Made by a program: the position numbers and the translations under genes. From a candidate division FCPU426 bacterium (GTDB taxonomy: Bacteria > Oederibacteriota > Muellerivitia > Muellerivitales > Muellerivitaceae): DNA of 64,000 nt. Below, piece after piece: positions 28,505 to 39,001 of this stretch. The stretch is taken from assembly GCA_963830915.1 (NCBI GenBank), contig CAWHOE010000057.1, forward strand, positions 61,011-125,010. The letters are read 5' to 3'. The notes beneath the pieces were generated by a model that was given only the letters and a program-made list of their open reading frames with translations, was not told the origin of the DNA and did not search any database. The first letter of the stretch is position 1, and every line of letters begins with the position of its first letter.

Positions 28505-29921
28505 AGTGTTTCCTTTATTCCTTATTGGTTTGGCCACTCTTCTTTCTTCAGCTTGGGCGGATGAAACCCATCCTTTCGTCGACCAAAACAACATTACGGA
28601 TATCCACACACAAGGGCATAAGATTTATTTCAAAACGCTTAACGGTGAAAAATCCCTCGATCTTTCCACAGGGAAGTGGTCCTATTCCGTCGCCCCATCA
28701 AACACCTCACCCGATGAAAATTATGATATCAACAACCCCTCACCCCTTTCGAATTTGAACACCCCCAAGGCAGGAATTCCAAACGGATATCCAGGTATGG
28801 TTTATTCCGAAGTGGAAGTTGTCGACGATCCCGTCAAGCCCTCCTGGATGTTGATCCGAGACTCCGGTGGCGAACAGTTTTCCCATGAATCTTTGGCGGA
28901 CCTGAAAGGACAAAAAGCCTATCGTTTTACGATCAGACCTTTTTCTTTGTTCTTGATACGCGGTCACAAAGCATGGTTCGGAGGGTCGCAAGGCATTATG
29001 TCGCTGGATTTAAAAACCACAAAAATGATTTCTTACCTAACATGGCCCTTGTTTTCTGTCCTCAAAACCTTTAAATCCGGAGAAAAGGACTATTATTTGA
29101 GCCGTGGTGGTTTGTTTCTGATCGACCATGGAGTGGTGACGAAAAAGAACGTCGACCCCCCGGAAGAAAAAATTGAATATTACGACATGGTGGCCGATGA
29201 AAACAGATTATATCTTCTCTCTAATGGTGATTTGGTGGTCTTTAATACCGCGAATGGGAACCACGATGTTCTGAAACTTCCGGTGCGTTTTGCGGATCAT
29301 TTGATCAAATGCGGGGACAAGATCATCGGTTTTGGGTCTAACCAAAGAGCTTCAGATGACTACACCTGGACAACAGGCGGTGCTTTCAGCTTTTCGATCA
29401 AAAACAAAACAATCAAGAAACTGACGGATTTACCTATCGACAATTTTGACCTGGAGAAATTCGAAGCATCATCGGAGGTGATGGGTGGACAAGGTGAGGA
29501 TATCATCACCCTCACCCATTTCAAATACGACCCCCAAAAAGACGATTTCCAAGTTTTATGGCAGAAGGGATACATTCGTGAAAATGACCAGAATTCAGCG
29601 AATTACAAAATTTTTTATAACGGAGCGGGTTTCTCTTATATGTGGGGACCGGATGGTTATGACATAAAGACGGATTTCAGGTATGTCGTTAACAAAGAAA
29701 AAATCGATGACTTTTTAGAACATCGTAAAAATCAAAAGAGCAAAGACTCGTTTGAACGCCAAAAAATCGGAAAAGAACTATCGACTATCCAGGTTCAATA
29801 TCAAACGATCGCTCAAGACGAGGGCGAAGCGGACATAGTAGACTTTCGCGAACCAGAATCCATTCCAAGCCCCACGCCTATCCCAAAAACCAACAATTGG
29901 AAAAAATGGTTTTATCATTGA
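28497..29921 (+). CDS. Secreted hypothetical protein, beta-rich
   Basis: Signal peptide ending AWA; 474-aa ORF overlapping the upstream stop. Confidence 0.65.
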   Translation: MNKVFPLFLIGLATLLSSAWADETHPFVDQNNITDIHTQGHKIYFKTLNGEKSLDLSTGKWSYSVAPSNTSPDENYDINNPSPLSNLNTPKAGIPNGYPGMVYSEVEVVDDPVKPSWMLIRDSGGEQFSHESLADLKGQKAYRFTIRPFSLFLIRGHKAWFGGSQGIMSLDLKTTKMISYLTWPLFSVLKTFKSGEKDYYLSRGGLFLIDHGVVTKKNVDPPEEKIEYYDMVADENRLYLLSNGDLVVFNTANGNHDVLKLPVRFADHLIKCGDKIIGFGSNQRASDDYTWTTGGAFSFSIKNKTIKKLTDLPIDNFDLEKFEASSEVMGGQGEDIITLTHFKYDPQKDDFQVLWQKGYIRENDQNSANYKIFYNGAGFSYMWGPDGYDIKTDFRYVVNKEKIDDFLEHRKNQKSKDSFERQKIGKELSTIQVQYQTIAQDEGEADIVDFREPESIPSPTPIPKTNNWKKWFYH

Positions 29922-30078
29922 ACAAATCTAGGTGAAGTTATAAACCTTGTTGACGGTCTGAGAAAGAAAGGCCTAGAAAGCACTACCCCAGAAAGATGAC
30001 AAACCCACCTGAAAACTTGGTTTTTTCCCAAAAAACCTTATAATTTCCTCTCTTGCCTCAACCAACAGAAGGGACCCC

Positions 30079-32553
30079 ATGGAAGCCTACAATTTCACCG
30101 AGATAGAGCAACGCTGGAAAAAGACCTGGAAAGACAAGAAAGTCTTCGCCTGCGACCTGACCAAGACGGACAAGAAATACTACACCCTCGTCATGTTCCC
30201 CTATCCCTCGGGCGACTTCCTTCACGCCGGACACGGCCGTAACTACATCATCGGCGACGCGGTCTACCGCTATTTCAAGGCCAGGGGATTCAACGTCTTG
30301 AACCCCATGGGTTTCGACGCCTTCGGACTGCCGGCGGAGAACGCGGCCATCCACAAGGGCGTCCACCCGGAAAAATGGACGCTCAACAACATCGAGCGCA
30401 TGAAGGGCCAGTTCTACGAGTGGGGCATGGGTTACGACTGGGACAAGGAAGTGGTTTCCTGCCTGCCCAATTATTACCGTTGGACCCAATGGATATTCCT
30501 GAAGCTTTACGAGAAGGGTCTAGCTTACCGCAAGAAGGCCTATGTGAACTGGTGTCCCTCCTGCCTGACAGTTCTGGCCAACGAGCAGGTGGTGGATGGA
30601 AGCTGTGAGCGCTGTGATTCGGTGGTGGAACAGAAGGATCTGGAACAATGGTTCTTCAAGATCACCGCTTACGCCGACCGGCTTTTGAAAGATATCGACC
30701 GTCTCGAGAACTGGCCCGAACGGGTCAAGACCATGCAAAGGAACTGGATAGGGCGAAGCGAAGGCGCGGAGGTGAGGTTCCAGGTCGAGGGAAAAGACGA
30801 ATCCATCACGGTCTTCACGACCAGGCCCGATACCCTGTTCGGCGCCACTTATATGGTCTTGGCCCCTGAGCATCCACTGGTGCCCAAGCTGGTGAAGGGA
30901 ACACCCAAAGAGGCCGAAGTAAAGGCCTTCATCGACAAGATCAAGAAACAAAGCTCGCTGGATAGAACCGGCGAGAACGCCGAGAAGCTGGGGCTGGACA
31001 CCGGCATCAAGGCCGTCAACCCCGTGAACGGGAAGTCCATCCCGGTCTTCATCGCCAATTACGTCCTGATGGAATATGGGACGGGAGCCATCATGGCTGT
31101 CCCGGCCCACGATACCCGTGACTTCGATTTCGCCAAAAAGTACAACCTTCCTATTATCCGGGTAATCCAAGCCCTCGATGGCGGGCCGGAAGACCCCTTG
31201 AACGAGGCCTACACCGAGGACGGAACCCTGGTCCATTCGCAGATACTGGACGGTTTGAAAGTGGACGAGGCGAAGGCCAAGATATCGGCCTGGCTTGAGG
31301 AAAAGAAACTGGGCAAAGCCGCCGTGACCTACCGCCTGAGGGACTGGCTGATATCCCGCCAGCGCTATTGGGGCGCGCCTATCCCCATGATCAACTGCGA
31401 GAAGTGCGGTTGGCAGCCTGTACCTGAGAAAGACCTGCCTGTGCTTCTTCCTAAGGATGTGGAATTCAAACCAACCGGTGAGTCGCCCCTGAAGACCGTT
31501 CCTTCTTTCGTCAAGGCCGCCTGCCCCAAGTGCGGGGCCGACGCCAAACGAGAGACCGACACGATGGATACTTTCGTGGATTCCAGCTGGTATTACCTTC
31601 GTTATGTATCGGCCAAGGACGACAACCAGGCCTTCGACAGCAAGACGGTCAACCAGTGGCTGCCGGTGGACCAATATATCGGCGGGGTGGAACACGCCAT
31701 ATTGCACCTGCTTTATTCCCGTTTCATCACCAAGGTCTTGAAGGACCAGGGCATCATCAATTTCGATGAGCCATTCGCCCGTCTCTTCACCCAGGGGATG
31801 ATCACCAAAGGCGGGGTGAAGATGTCCAAGAGCAAGGGCAATTCGGTACAGCCCGACGAGCTGATCGCCAAATACGGGGCTGACACCTTCCGCCTCTATA
31901 CCCTATTCATCGGCCCACCCGAGCGGGATGTGGAATGGGACGACCGGGCCGTGGAGGGAGGTTTCCGCTTCCTGAACCGGGTCTGGAAACTCTACCAGGA
32001 ACTGTTGGAAAAGGCCGATTTCGCCCAGGGCGGGGAACCCAAAGCCGAGACCGAGCAGGATAAAGAAATACGTCGAAAAACCCACCAGACCATCGACAAG
32101 GTCACCCAGGACATGAATGGGGGCTTCAAATTCAACACCGCCATCAGTGCTATGATGGAATTGATCAACATGCTGTACGATTACAAGGACACACCCCAGG
32201 CCAAAACGCCCATCGTTCGGGAGGCGGTCGAGACCCTGGTCAGGCTTTTGGGACCCTTCACGCCCCACATCGCTGATGAAATGTGGAGCAAGTTGGGCAA
32301 GGGGGAACATATCCTGATGGCCGGTTGGCCGATCTGCGACCCTACGCTTTTGAAGGCGGACACGGTGGAGATCGCCATCCAGGTGAACGGCAAGGTCAAG
32401 ACCCGGGTGAATGTGTCCACGGGATTGGATGAAAAAACCATCTTGGCCCTGGCCAAGACGGATGAGAAGGTCGCGAAGGTAGTAAATCCGGACCAAGTGG
32501 TCAAGCTTATCTGGGTGAAAGACAAACTGGCGAATTTCATCGTGAAGCAGTAG
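30079..32553 (+). CDS. leuS: Leucine--tRNA ligase
   Basis: MFPYPSG.LHAGH (HIGH-like), FTTRPDT editing domain, KMSKSKGN. Confidence 0.98.
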   Translation: MEAYNFTEIEQRWKKTWKDKKVFACDLTKTDKKYYTLVMFPYPSGDFLHAGHGRNYIIGDAVYRYFKARGFNVLNPMGFDAFGLPAENAAIHKGVHPEKWTLNNIERMKGQFYEWGMGYDWDKEVVSCLPNYYRWTQWIFLKLYEKGLAYRKKAYVNWCPSCLTVLANEQVVDGSCERCDSVVEQKDLEQWFFKITAYADRLLKDIDRLENWPERVKTMQRNWIGRSEGAEVRFQVEGKDESITVFTTRPDTLFGATYMVLAPEHPLVPKLVKGTPKEAEVKAFIDKIKKQSSLDRTGENAEKLGLDTGIKAVNPVNGKSIPVFIANYVLMEYGTGAIMAVPAHDTRDFDFAKKYNLPIIRVIQALDGGPEDPLNEAYTEDGTLVHSQILDGLKVDEAKAKISAWLEEKKLGKAAVTYRLRDWLISRQRYWGAPIPMINCEKCGWQPVPEKDLPVLLPKDVEFKPTGESPLKTVPSFVKAACPKCGADAKRETDTMDTFVDSSWYYLRYVSAKDDNQAFDSKTVNQWLPVDQYIGGVEHAILHLLYSRFITKVLKDQGIINFDEPFARLFTQGMITKGGVKMSKSKGNSVQPDELIAKYGADTFRLYTLFIGPPERDVEWDDRAVEGGFRFLNRVWKLYQELLEKADFAQGGEPKAETEQDKEIRRKTHQTIDKVTQDMNGGFKFNTAISAMMELINMLYDYKDTPQAKTPIVREAVETLVRLLGPFTPHIADEMWSKLGKGEHILMAGWPICDPTLLKADTVEIAIQVNGKVKTRVNVSTGLDEKTILALAKTDEKVAKVVNPDQVVKLIWVKDKLANFIVKQ

Positions 32554-32577
32554 GACCAAAAACTCAAAGAGGTTTTC

Positions 32578-33087
32578 ATGAACAAATACCTTCTTTCATT
32601 ATTGTCCGGCGCCATTTTACTTGGTCTGAGCGGCTGTAGGCCGGCCGTATTGGTCATTCCTTCCTACATCAAAACGGTCGGGGTGGATCGGGTGGATAAC
32701 CGTACCAGCTGGTTCGCTTTGGATACCCAAGTAAAAGAAGCGATCTTGCGCAATTTCCAACTGGACGGAAGGGTTGGAATCGAGGACGCGGACAAGGCCG
32801 ATCTGGTGGTAAAAGTCATCATCCGTGAATTCCGGGAAGATCCCATCTTTTACGACCCCAAGACCAACGCGGTCCAGCAATATCAAGAGACCTTGGTCTA
32901 CGACATCGCGGCGGTAGACACCCAGGAAAAGAAAACATTCCTTGAAGACAACGGTAAGAACCACAGTATTTACTACTACACCAACTATTATCCTGGCGCT
33001 ATCCAACAAACGAGGGACCAGGCCATCGCGCAGTTAGAGGATGAAATGGCTAGGTTGATCGTGCGCCGGGTACTGGAAGGTTATTGA
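32578..33087 (+). CDS. lptE: LPS assembly lipoprotein LptE family
   Basis: LSGC lipobox, IPSYIKTV; conserved leuS-lptE-holA order. Confidence 0.8.
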   Translation: MNKYLLSLLSGAILLGLSGCRPAVLVIPSYIKTVGVDRVDNRTSWFALDTQVKEAILRNFQLDGRVGIEDADKADLVVKVIIREFREDPIFYDPKTNAVQQYQETLVYDIAAVDTQEKKTFLEDNGKNHSIYYYTNYYPGAIQQTRDQAIAQLEDEMARLIVRRVLEGY

Positions 33088-33133
33088 GAAATAAGAAGAG
33101 CGCCGTTCTAGACCCAAAGGAGCTTTTGAAACC

Positions 33134-33844
33134 ATGAAAAACCATTTGAAGACCGGTCTATGGATAGGGTCATTACTTTTGCTTTCTTACGCGCCTTGCG
33201 CCATGGCCGAATTGCAATGGATAACCGGCGGGGTGCCCAAGACCACCACCGATAAGACCGCCGGCACGGTCGTCCAGGACGCGCCCAACCCCGAGGTCAG
33301 GCCCACCCCCACGGGCAACCAGGACATCGTGATCAGCCACCTCATCACCTGTTCCAAGATCGTGAACAATTACCCCTCGGACAGCGTCAATTACTTCTTC
33401 CTGGATAAGAACACCCAGGTCTGTTACTACGCCTACTTCATGACCAAGCCCTCCAGCCGCATCCATACCGCCACGGTGGAATGGTTCAACCCGGCGAATA
33501 CCCGGATCGTCAAATATGAGCAGGAATTCAAGGTGGCCTTCACCGACCGGTGCCTGACCATCCAGAACGATACCTACCAGTGGTTCCTCCTGACCATGAC
33601 CGTGGGGATGGACCATATGAACGCCGAATATGGACAGACCGGATTGCCCAGGGACGTCGGCCTCTACACTATCCACCTGACCATCGACGGCCAATTAGTG
33701 GGCATTACCTTCTTCTATGTCAAACCCCAGGAAACCAAGGCGCCCTCGCCTATCTCCACTGTACCGCCGGCCACCAAGGGGAACCTGCTTCCGATGGCGA
33801 CACCCTTTTCCAATCTTCCCATCCCCTCCGGGATCACCCAATGA
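33134..33844 (+). CDS. Secreted hypothetical protein, Ig-like
   Basis: Signal peptide ending AMA; beta-rich region ending GLYTIHLTIDG. Confidence 0.7.
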   Translation: MKNHLKTGLWIGSLLLLSYAPCAMAELQWITGGVPKTTTDKTAGTVVQDAPNPEVRPTPTGNQDIVISHLITCSKIVNNYPSDSVNYFFLDKNTQVCYYAYFMTKPSSRIHTATVEWFNPANTRIVKYEQEFKVAFTDRCLTIQNDTYQWFLLTMTVGMDHMNAEYGQTGLPRDVGLYTIHLTIDGQLVGITFFYVKPQETKAPSPISTVPPATKGNLLPMATPFSNLPIPSGITQ

Positions 33845-33868
33845 CCGGGCCGGGAACGGGGGACCTCC

Positions 33869-34918
33869 TTGTACTTTGACGATTTCACGGGGAACCTGAA
33901 AAAGAAACCCCTGCCGTTCCTCATCCTTTTCTTCGGGGATTCGGAAGGCGGGTTGGCCGAAGGTCACAAGCTGTTCCGCCAGGCTTTCCAAAAAGCGAAC
34001 CAGGACGGGACGATCCAGACCCTGGACGGGGCCCAGCATGGCATGACCTACGTGGTCTCCACGGCCCAGACCAGCCAGCTATTCGCCACAGGCCAATTGA
34101 TCGTCATACACCACGCGGAAAAGATATTGGGCGGGCATTCCGAATCGGCCGTCAAACAGCTGGTGGAATATTTCGAGAATCCAAATCCCTCCTCTTATCT
34201 TCTTTTCCTCGCCTCCGGGATGAAGAAGAACTCCAAGGCCGTGACGGCCGTTGAGAAAAAAGGCTGGGCGGTACAATGTTCCGAGATGCCCGATTGGAAA
34301 TTGACCAGCTGGGTGCTGGAAAAAGCCAAGACCCTGGGCATCGGGTTGACCGAAGAGGGAGCCCAGGTGCTCATCCAGAAGGTCGGACCGGACATGGCCT
34401 TGTTGCAGAACGCGCTGGAACACCTGCTCATCTATCTGCATCCCAAGAAATCCGCTTCCGCTGAGGATGTTCGCAATCTTCCCGTGCCGGGCATCGAAGC
34501 GGATATCTTTCCCTTCGTGGACGCCATGGCGACCCGCCAGGGAGAAAAGGCCCTCAAACTCCTGGACCGTATGCCACCCAATTCGGATACGGGCGCTGTG
34601 ATGATGCTTTATCAAAGGATGAGGGAATTGCTGTTGGTTTCCATCGGCCGGTCCAACGGCTGGGACCAAGGAACGGCGGCCCAACAACTGGGGCTCCATC
34701 CCTTCCGCATCAAGAACCTTTGGGACCAAAGCGCTTATTACAGCGTGACTGAACTTAAAAAAGCGATGAACGACCTGATCCATTTGCAAGCGGGGACCGT
34801 GACAGGAAGGCTGGGCAAGGGCGCGGTGGCCGTGACGCTGGAGGGTTGGATACTGAAATGGGGCAAAAAAAAGCGGCTCCCGCGCGGGGAGCCGCCATTA
34901 AATGAGATTACTTCTTGA
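33869..34918 (+). CDS. holA: DNA polymerase III delta subunit
   Basis: LILFFGD, SQLFA..LIVI, IFPFVDA, GLHPF; true start may be ATG 33841 (ATGA overlap) with a 1-nt indel. Confidence 0.9.
   Translation: MYFDDFTGNLKKKPLPFLILFFGDSEGGLAEGHKLFRQAFQKANQDGTIQTLDGAQHGMTYVVSTAQTSQLFATGQLIVIHHAEKILGGHSESAVKQLVEYFENPNPSSYLLFLASGMKKNSKAVTAVEKKGWAVQCSEMPDWKLTSWVLEKAKTLGIGLTEEGAQVLIQKVGPDMALLQNALEHLLIYLHPKKSASAEDVRNLPVPGIEADIFPFVDAMATRQGEKALKLLDRMPPNSDTGAVMMLYQRMRELLLVSIGRSNGWDQGTAAQQLGLHPFRIKNLWDQSAYYSVTELKKAMNDLIHLQAGTVTGRLGKGAVAVTLEGWILKWGKKKRLPRGEPPLNEITS
34865..34895 (-). terminator. Intrinsic terminator of rpsT
   Basis: GCGGCTCCC stem pair followed by U8 on the minus strand. Confidence 0.8.
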
Positions 34919-35171
34919 CGAACTTCTTGTGAACGAAGGACGAAAGACGAGAAACATGGCGGGAAGCGGTATTGCGCTTCATGGTGCCGTGCGACTGGGC
35001 CGTATCCAGTACTTTCATGGCATTCTTGAGGTTCTTGGTCGCTTCCTCGGCTGTCTTGGAAGCCAGAACGGCTTTCATAGCGGTACGGATCTTGTTCTTC
35101 TCGGCGGAATTACGAGCGGTGCGGGTTTTGATACGGCGAACATCCTTGATCGAAGACTTAATGAGCGGCAT
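34908..35171 (-). CDS. rpsT: 30S ribosomal protein S20
   Basis: MPLIKSSIK...RN...KIRTAMK...KRNTASR; GGAGGA SD before ATG 35171. Confidence 0.95.
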   Translation of the reverse strand: MPLIKSSIKDVRRIKTRTARNSAEKNKIRTAMKAVLASKTAEEATKNLKNAMKVLDTAQSHGTMKRNTASRHVSRLSSFVHKKFVKK

Positions 35172-35247
35172 GTATCCTCCAAAAAAATGTTGAAATCTCT
35201 CGAAAAACGGAGGCTTATCGTAAACGAAGCAGGGGAGCCTGTCAACA

Positions 35248-36879
35248 ATGGTTAAAGGCCCTGAAAAACCCTCCGCCGGACCCAAAGAAGCCCCCAAATT
35301 AGGAAGTCATTTCCGCCTGGTTTCCCTCGCCACCTCGGTGAGCCGGATCACCGGCTTCGTCCGGGACCAGTTGAACGCCGTGCTTTTCGGCGCTGGATGG
35401 ATATCCGATTCCTATTTCATGGCCATCCGTATTCCCAGCCTCTTCCGGGACCTCTTCGCCGAGGGAGCTCTCTCCAACGCCTTCGTCCCCGCCCTGACCG
35501 CCAGGCTCAAGGGCGACGACCGCAAGGAAGCCTGGGTACTCATGTCACAGGTCTTCACCCTGCTGGCGCTGGTCACAGGCGGACTGACCGCTCTGGGTAT
35601 TCTTTTCGCGCCACAGATCGTGAATATCATCGCCATGGGCTTCACCAGCCAACCCGACAAGGTCCAACTGACCATCCTATTGACCCGCTTTCTCTTCCCA
35701 TTCCTCATTTTCGTTTCCATGGGGGCCCTCTGGATGGGCACTTTGAATTCCCTCCATCGTTTTACGGCGCCAGCTTTCGCCCCGGTTTTCATGAACCTGA
35801 CCCAGATCGTCGTGGGCTTTTGGATTTGGAAGTTCTGGAAGGCGGGAACAGTCGACGAAGAGATTCGGAATATCCGCCTTTGGACCCTCTCCATGACCCT
35901 GGGAATGCTGTTCCAATGGCTGGTCCAGGTCTATCCGGCTTGGAAAGAGGGAGTCCGGGTGCGCCTCACTTGGCCCCCGAACCACCCGGGGGTAAAGGAG
36001 ATATTCCGGCTGATGGGACCTGCCGTGGTGAGTTCCTCAGTCCTGCAGGTCAACATCCTGGTCAACCAGTTCTTCGCTTCCTTTTTGGCGACCGGTTTCG
36101 TGACCTACCTCTATTACGGCAACCGCCTGATGCAGCTGCCATTCGGCATCCTGGGCGTCTCCATCGCCACGGTCATTTTTCCACTGTTGGCCCGCCAATC
36201 CAACGCGGGGAAACAAAAGCTTTTTTCCTATACCTTGACCCAGGCCCTTTCCGCCTCCTTCTTCCTGATGGTGCCTTGTACGGTCGGTATTTGGCTGGTG
36301 GCCGAGCCGGCATGCCGGCTGGCCTTTGAGTATGGCAGGTTCACCCCCGAGGCGGCCAAAGCCGCTTCCGAAGCCACAGCCCTCTACGCCTTGGGCCTGA
36401 CGGGATACACAGGGGTCAAGATCCTTTTGCCCGCTTATTACGCCCGCAGGAACGCCAAGATACCCCTGGCTTCCTCCATCGCGGCCATGTTGACCAACGC
36501 CGGTTTGAACCTCTTGGCCTTCGTATTCATCACCGATTCCCGGACCCGTTTCTGGGGTCTGGCCCTGGCCTCCGGTTTAGGCGCTATGGTCAACCTGACG
36601 TGGCTTTTATCCAGCCTGCCCAAAGTTGGGATAAGTCTTCATTGGAGGTTCCTGGCCAAAGAGGGAATGAAGACCTTTTTGGCGACAGCTTTGATGGGCT
36701 TGGTGGTTTGGTTGACCCTAAAAGTCCTCATTCCATTGAACCTACCCTTAAACCGGCTTTGGAATTTCCTTTTACCTGTCATCTTGGGCGCCTGCCTCTA
36801 TTTCTTCGTGACCAAGACGATGGGCCACCAGGGACTCAAATGGGTCCTGGGGCGTAGATCCCAAAAACTCTCAAAATAA
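35248..36879 (+). CDS. murJ: Lipid II flippase MurJ
   Basis: SRITGFVRD, FRDLFAEGALSNAFVP, YGNRLMQLPFG. Confidence 0.95.
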   Translation: MVKGPEKPSAGPKEAPKLGSHFRLVSLATSVSRITGFVRDQLNAVLFGAGWISDSYFMAIRIPSLFRDLFAEGALSNAFVPALTARLKGDDRKEAWVLMSQVFTLLALVTGGLTALGILFAPQIVNIIAMGFTSQPDKVQLTILLTRFLFPFLIFVSMGALWMGTLNSLHRFTAPAFAPVFMNLTQIVVGFWIWKFWKAGTVDEEIRNIRLWTLSMTLGMLFQWLVQVYPAWKEGVRVRLTWPPNHPGVKEIFRLMGPAVVSSSVLQVNILVNQFFASFLATGFVTYLYYGNRLMQLPFGILGVSIATVIFPLLARQSNAGKQKLFSYTLTQALSASFFLMVPCTVGIWLVAEPACRLAFEYGRFTPEAAKAASEATALYALGLTGYTGVKILLPAYYARRNAKIPLASSIAAMLTNAGLNLLAFVFITDSRTRFWGLALASGLGAMVNLTWLLSSLPKVGISLHWRFLAKEGMKTFLATALMGLVVWLTLKVLIPLNLPLNRLWNFLLPVILGACLYFFVTKTMGHQGLKWVLGRRSQKLSK

Positions 36880-37188
36880 ATTCTGTGGTTAAATCGTCCT
36901 TTTTCACCGATTCCATCACGCAACTTTGTCATCAAGTTGTTATGTTGTTGGGAAATAAGGGGATATTCAACGGGATGTCCAGTGAAAAATGACGTCTTTG
37001 GATGGACCGAAAATTACTATAAATCGTTTTTTAGAAGGTAGTTACAGGGGTAAAAAGCTCTGATAAAATAAGAGCACTGTTTGTTTTTCGCCGCCCCGTC
37101 AGTTTTTGATGTGTGTATAACCCGATGGAGACCCGGGAAAACCTTTCCCTGGTCGGTCTTGTTAATGATAAATCGCTGAGGAGATTGA

Positions 37189-38994
37189 ATGCTTCAAGGC
37201 AATATCGATAAATACAAGCTCCTCGAGATCAAGGGAAGCGGTACTTTCGGGACCGTTTGGCTGGCGGAGGACACTTGGATCGGCAAGAAAGTCGCCATCA
37301 AGATCCCCCATAACCAAAAAGAAGAGTTCACGACCCTCATCGCCGAGCCCAAACTGCTGGCCTCCCTCGACCATCCCAATATCGTCCAGATCCTGACCGT
37401 TGACAAAGCCGAGAACATCTTTTTCATGGTCATGGAATACGTCGATGGCAAGAATCTGGCCCAGCTGATCCAGGAAACCACCCTGACCTACAAAGAAGTG
37501 GTGGATATCATCATCCAGATCCTGTCAGCCCTGCAGTACGCCCATGACCGTAACATCATCCATCGCGACCTGAAACCGGGGAATATCCTTCTCACCGCCG
37601 ATCGCAAAGCCAAGATCACCGACTTCGGTACCGCCATGATCCAGGCCGGCAAGAACGGCGCTGGTATCGGCGGGACCCTTTACTACATGGCCAAAGAACA
37701 GGTTTTGGGCCATCCCGCCCCCGCCTCCGATGTCTATTCGGTGGGCGTTATGCTTTATGAGATGGTCACGGGCAAATTGCCATTCTCCGACGAGGTCCCC
37801 ATGGTGGTCCTGAACAAGATCCTCAAGGATGACCCACCCGAACCGCACCAATTGAACGCAGCGGTCCCCAAGGAACTGGAAGCGGTGATCCTGAAGGCCA
37901 TGCAAAAAGAAATCTCCAAGCGCTATCAATCGGCTTTAGAGATGAGACAAGACCTGGAAAAGATACCACCCACCGCCCTGACCGCCACCATCGAGGTGGG
38001 GAACAAGGGACAGGAAGTCCTGACTCATACCATCATCCAAGAAGCGGCCAAGAAACAGGCCAAGGAAGTCGGCGATATCAACACCCTCCGTTACCAGGGC
38101 TACCATTACAAACTTATCAAGACCATCGGAACCCGCGGGAAAGAGGAAGGTAATTTCATCTCGCCCGTGGCGGTGGGAGTGGACCCGCAAAAGAGGGTCT
38201 ATGTGTGCGATTCCTTGAAATGCAATGTCCAGGTGTTCGATTTCGAAGGGAAGTTCCTCTATTCGGTCGGGAAGTTCGGCAAGGACACGGGTGACCCCAA
38301 GGACGTCTATTTCCTCATGCCCGTTTCCATCGTGGTGGACCAGGGGGGGAATTTGGTGGTCTTGGACGCCAAGACCTGCGTGGTCCAGATCATCGGCAAG
38401 ATGGGGCAATTGATCGGCAAATTCGGGGAGCCTGCCTCCCCCACCACCGGCAAGATCGAGATAGGCACAGGCGGCTTCTTCCATCCCCAGGCCCTGGCCT
38501 TGGATGAAAAGGACAATATCTACGTTTCGGACACCGGGAACCACCGGATCCGGGTGTTCAACCCAGCCGGCAAGGTCTTGAACAAATTCGGCATCCAGGG
38601 CGCCAGGCTGGGCGAGTTCAACAGCCCCGCCGGCCTCACGTTGGACAGCGCCCAGAACCTCCTGGTGGTGGACGAGAAGAACTACCGCGTCCAATTGTTC
38701 TCATCCCGCGGAGTCTTCAAGAACAAGTTCGGCAAAAGAGGAACGGGCCGGGGCGAGTTCGCCGCTCCCGTGGGCATCGCGACCGACACCAAGCGAAACA
38801 TCTTCGTGACCGACCGGGATATGCGCATCCAGGTATTCGATTCGGAAGGCTATTACTTGACCGAGTTCGGGACCCCCTCGGGGAATTACAAGATCGCCCC
38901 CAAATATTACGGGATAGCCATCGACGCCGAGAACAACCTGTACGTGACCGATATCGCCAATTGCTGTGTCCTGATCTACGCCCTGAAGAAATGA
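37189..38994 (+). CDS. Hanks-type Ser/Thr kinase fused to an NHL propeller
   Basis: GSGTFG, VAIK, HRDLKPGN, DFG, SDVYSVG; C-terminal GEF..P.G.A.D NHL repeats; no TM segment. Confidence 0.92.
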   Translation: MLQGNIDKYKLLEIKGSGTFGTVWLAEDTWIGKKVAIKIPHNQKEEFTTLIAEPKLLASLDHPNIVQILTVDKAENIFFMVMEYVDGKNLAQLIQETTLTYKEVVDIIIQILSALQYAHDRNIIHRDLKPGNILLTADRKAKITDFGTAMIQAGKNGAGIGGTLYYMAKEQVLGHPAPASDVYSVGVMLYEMVTGKLPFSDEVPMVVLNKILKDDPPEPHQLNAAVPKELEAVILKAMQKEISKRYQSALEMRQDLEKIPPTALTATIEVGNKGQEVLTHTIIQEAAKKQAKEVGDINTLRYQGYHYKLIKTIGTRGKEEGNFISPVAVGVDPQKRVYVCDSLKCNVQVFDFEGKFLYSVGKFGKDTGDPKDVYFLMPVSIVVDQGGNLVVLDAKTCVVQIIGKMGQLIGKFGEPASPTTGKIEIGTGGFFHPQALALDEKDNIYVSDTGNHRIRVFNPAGKVLNKFGIQGARLGEFNSPAGLTLDSAQNLLVVDEKNYRVQLFSSRGVFKNKFGKRGTGRGEFAAPVGIATDTKRNIFVTDRDMRIQVFDSEGYYLTEFGTPSGNYKIAPKYYGIAIDAENNLYVTDIANCCVLIYALKK

Positions 38995-39001
38995 GAAAAC
39001 C